Of a stretch of DNA of 7,335 nucleotides, positions 5,240 through 7,335 are shown piece by piece (position 1 is the first letter of the stretch; the number at the start of each line of letters is the position of its first letter). Below the pieces are notes generated by a model, which saw only the letters and a program-made list of their open reading frames with translations, was not told the origin of the DNA and did not search any database. The translations under genes and the position numbers were made by a program. The DNA is from a virus (lineage: Duplodnaviria > Heunggongvirae > Uroviricota > Caudoviricetes), in IMG/VR virus record IMGVR_UViG_2713896785_000009; one strand, written 5' to 3'.

Positions 5240-7151
5240 TCACTCCTCCGGACAGCTTCGCTGCCAGTTCTTTCAGGGTTGGCCGGGTCGTCTCTTCTTC
5301 CCGGGATTTTGCCAGTACAGCCAGATCAAGCTGCCAGCGTTGCACGGACACACGTAATGCCGCGTAGGCATACACCAGGCAGTCCAGCGCTTCGTTACGC
5401 CGCTTTTTGTTATCCCACAGCAGACGCATCTTTCCTTTTTCCCACTTCTCCACAAGCTCTTCCGCCACCAGTTGCTGCGCCTCTGTCTGCGAAAAAATCT
5501 CCGGATCATCAGGAAAACGGATGGCATACGACGTGGCTTCATCCGCAGGCGTGGGATCGGCTTTCATACGGGCATAGAGAATTTCTTTTGCGGTGTCCGT
5601 CCCCACTTCACACAGATACACGCCCCGCTGATTGCGGGTTTTCGGCATGGTGATCACCGGCTTGCCATAGACAGACGCGCCTTTTACCGGCAGCACCCGG
5701 AAAACACTGTGTTTTTTTGATCTCTGATAAACAATTTCACCATCGATCCCCCCGGTGTCCCAGCAGACACGGGAAATGGTCATTTCGGTGCCATCCGCAT
5801 GGCGATATTTTTTGTTGATCGCAGCATCCACACGTAACAGCGTCTCTTCCTCATCGGGACGCCCCATAATGATGATTTTATCCACCAGAAAGGCTTCCTC
5901 TCCCGGTGCCCATCCCCAGACATACATCTCAAAACGGTTTCGCTGCGAGTCAATGCCCGCCGTCAGATAAACCACCCGGGAAGGCACCGCAGCCGTGTAA
6001 CGCACAACCTTATCCATCAGTACCTGGTGATCGAGTTTTTCGCCCACGGCCTCTTCCCAGGTCTCGCCCAGCGTGGTGTTCACAAAGGTTTTCAGGCCGT
6101 TGGGATCTTTCAGTGCATCCAGCCAGTCATAGACAATCTGTACCCAGGTGGTGAACGGACTGTACGCCGTCCAGATATGGAACGTGATGGAGCGCGGCGG
6201 CGGAATTTCATCACCCCGGGCGCTGAAAAACGTCAGACCGTCACGGGTCCACATGCCCGTGTTTTCACAGATCCACCGCCCGTTGCTCTGGTCCAGTTCA
6301 GACTGATGGATCACGCAGCCATGATGTTCACAGAGGTAGAAAACACTTTCAGGGCTGTCCTTCTCCCATTTAAGCCCAAAAGGCGTGGACTCATCGCCAA
6401 ATTTCAGATACTGCGCCTCCCCACAGTGCGGGCAGGGCACATAAAAACGCATAAAATGCGCCGACTCGTTAGCGGCTTTTTCGATCTGGCAGGTGCCTTT
6501 GATTTTAGGCGTCGAGCCGCGAATGGATTTTGGCCACACCGACCCCTCAATACGCTTATCCCCCAGCAGGGTTGGCGAGCCCTCTTTTTCGACATCCGGC
6601 TCGAACGAGGAAAGTTCGTCATAGCAGACCACGTCCACGGATTTTTCACGGTAGTTTTTGGCGGCAGCGCCGCCCAGGCACCAGAAACCGACGCCCGATG
6701 AAAAGCGTTTCAGCGTGAGAGTATTGTCACGATGTTTACGACCCAGCCATGGGGAAAGGTCTTTCAGGCATGGCACGTTCCGAATCGTCGCCTCCACGTG
6801 AGACTTCATAAAATCTTCAGCGGCAGAATCCGTGGGCTGAAAAAGCAGACTGTTTCGGGATTTATGCTCAATAAAATACCCGACCACCCCCAGCAACATC
6901 TTTGTATAGCCAACACGGGCAGATTTAATCAGGTTAACCGTGCGAACCTGGTCGTTACCCATACAGTTCATAATGGCGATCTGGAATGGCAGCGTTTTCC
7001 ATTCGCCCTCACCGTATGAGGATTCTTTAGGCAGATAATAATTTTGATCAGCCCATTCAACTGCCGTCATTGGTACAACCCTGACCAGAGGCTGCAGCGC
7101 AACCGAAACGGCAGCCATCATATTATTCAGTTGTTGCTCTGATATATTCAT
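5223..7151 (-). CDS. A: Terminase large subunit (lambda gpA family: packaging ATPase plus cos-cleaving endonuclease)
   Basis: Track ORF 5223..7208 (-). I place the start at the internal ATG at 7149..7151 (MNISEQQLNN...) because lambda gpA begins MNISNSQ... and the 19 upstream codons lie inside the Nu1 reading frame; this gives 642 aa versus 641 for lambda. Colinear similarity across the whole length (TAVEWAD-NYYLPKES, VGY-KMLLGV, HVE-TIR, DNTLT-KRF, FWCLGG-AAKNYREKSVDV, SPT-LGDKRIEGSVWPKSIRGSTPK, HFMRF-V-CPHCGE-QYLKFGD, FHIWTAYSPFTTWVQIV, TTLGETWE, TAGIDSQ, WDTGGID, KGASVYGKPV, RRNEALDC). Confidence 0.95.
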   Translation of the reverse strand: MNISEQQLNNMMAAVSVALQPLVRVVPMTAVEWADQNYYLPKESSYGEGEWKTLPFQIAIMNCMGNDQVRTVNLIKSARVGYTKMLLGVVGYFIEHKSRNSLLFQPTDSAAEDFMKSHVEATIRNVPCLKDLSPWLGRKHRDNTLTLKRFSSGVGFWCLGGAAAKNYREKSVDVVCYDELSSFEPDVEKEGSPTLLGDKRIEGSVWPKSIRGSTPKIKGTCQIEKAANESAHFMRFYVPCPHCGEAQYLKFGDESTPFGLKWEKDSPESVFYLCEHHGCVIHQSELDQSNGRWICENTGMWTRDGLTFFSARGDEIPPPRSITFHIWTAYSPFTTWVQIVYDWLDALKDPNGLKTFVNTTLGETWEEAVGEKLDHQVLMDKVVRYTAAVPSRVVYLTAGIDSQRNRFEMYVWGWAPGEEAFLVDKIIIMGRPDEEETLLRVDAAINKKYRHADGTEMTISRVCWDTGGIDGEIVYQRSKKHSVFRVLPVKGASVYGKPVITMPKTRNQRGVYLCEVGTDTAKEILYARMKADPTPADEATSYAIRFPDDPEIFSQTEAQQLVAEELVEKWEKGKMRLLWDNKKRRNEALDCLVYAYAALRVSVQRWQLDLAVLAKSREEETTRPTLKELAAKLSGGVNGYSR

Positions 7152-7335
7152 CGAGTAAATCCGGTAATTTATCCCCTGCCCGCGCACACTGATTTGCCCC
7201 CTTAGCAATAAGGGTTTTCAGATGGTCAAGATGGCGCGGTGTTAAATCAGGAAACTGTCGCTGCATGGATAAAGGGATGGAATCAAGCGTACTGGATAAC
7301 GCCATTGCCAGCTTACTGAGGGCAAAAATACAGAA
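7123..7335 (-). CDS. Nu1: Terminase small subunit (lambda gpNu1 family), C-terminal fragment; 5' end lies beyond the window
   Basis: Minus-strand frame is open from 7335 to the TAA at 7123..7125 (the track lists only the part from the Met at 7305). Translation ...FCIFALSKLAMALSSTLDSIPLSMQRQFPDLTPRHLDHLKTLIAKGANQCARAGDKLPDLLDEYIRATTE aligns with the lambda gpNu1 C-terminus as I recall it (...TAFCTFVLSRIAGEIASILDGLPLSVQRRFPELENRHVDFLKRDIIKAMNKAAALDELIPGLLSEYIEQSG). Its 3' end overlaps the A start by 29 nt, as Nu1 and A overlap in lambda. Confidence 0.8.
   Translation of the reverse strand, partial: FCIFALSKLAMALSSTLDSIPLSMQRQFPDLTPRHLDHLKTLIAKGANQCARAGDKLPDLLDEYIRATTE

Noticed and set aside
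577-6649. Small minus-strand ORFs nested out of frame inside E, C, B and A (577..759, 922..1110, 2617..2808, 3229..3429, 3653..4000, 4271..4453, 4529..4831, 5273..5542, 6404..6649)
   Set aside because: Each sits in an alternative frame of a confidently assigned gene, is short with biased composition, and has no known counterpart in the lambda head region.
6027-6701. Plus-strand ORF, 224 aa
   Set aside because: Antisense to the conserved core of the large terminase gene; no recognisable motifs and no plausible ribosome-binding context. Treated as a spurious shadow ORF.
5152-7208. A 661-aa form of the large terminase starting at the upstream Met of the track ORF (MLRGQISVRGQGINYRIYS...)
   Set aside because: The 19 extra N-terminal codons lie within the Nu1 reading frame and have no counterpart in lambda gpA, which begins MNIS...; the internal ATG at 7149..7151 aligns exactly with the lambda start. 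The upstream Met is an ORF-caller extension.
7123-7335. cos site or terminase-binding (R) elements
   Set aside because: In lambda, cos lies upstream of Nu1. Here the Nu1 5' end is already outside the window, so cos should lie beyond 7335 and I see nothing resembling it inside the window.
1-7335. CRISPR array, tRNA/rRNA genes, insertion sequence or anti-phage defence cassette
   Set aside because: I found no short direct repeats with regular spacers, no tRNA-like cloverleaf candidates and no terminal inverted repeats flanking a transposase. The window is fully occupied by phage structural genes.

Overview
The whole window is a contiguous, intact lambda-like (lambdoid) phage head-morphogenesis module, with every gene on the minus strand in the canonical lambda order: Nu1 (3' fragment) - A - W - B - C (with in-frame Nu3-like scaffold region) - D - E - FI - FII (first 10 codons). 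I identified these by reading the supplied translations against my recollection of the phage lambda proteins; no search was run. The genes are tightly packed, with overlapping start/stop codons typical of translationally coupled late operons, and no coding space is left unassigned. I therefore see no evidence for a hidden or undescribed system here. All plus-strand ORFs in the track are antisense artefacts. The points worth a second look are: (i) a roughly 150-bp unit tandemly triplicated in frame within the C-terminal scaffold (Nu3-like) portion of gene C, where I recall only one copy in lambda; (ii) a perfect 22-bp GC-rich palindrome in the D-E intergenic spacer; (iii) apparently uneven divergence from lambda across the module, suggesting mosaic recombination. 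No tRNA, CRISPR, IS element or cos site is visible; cos would be expected upstream of Nu1, beyond position 7335. Coordinates include the stop codon, following the ORF track.
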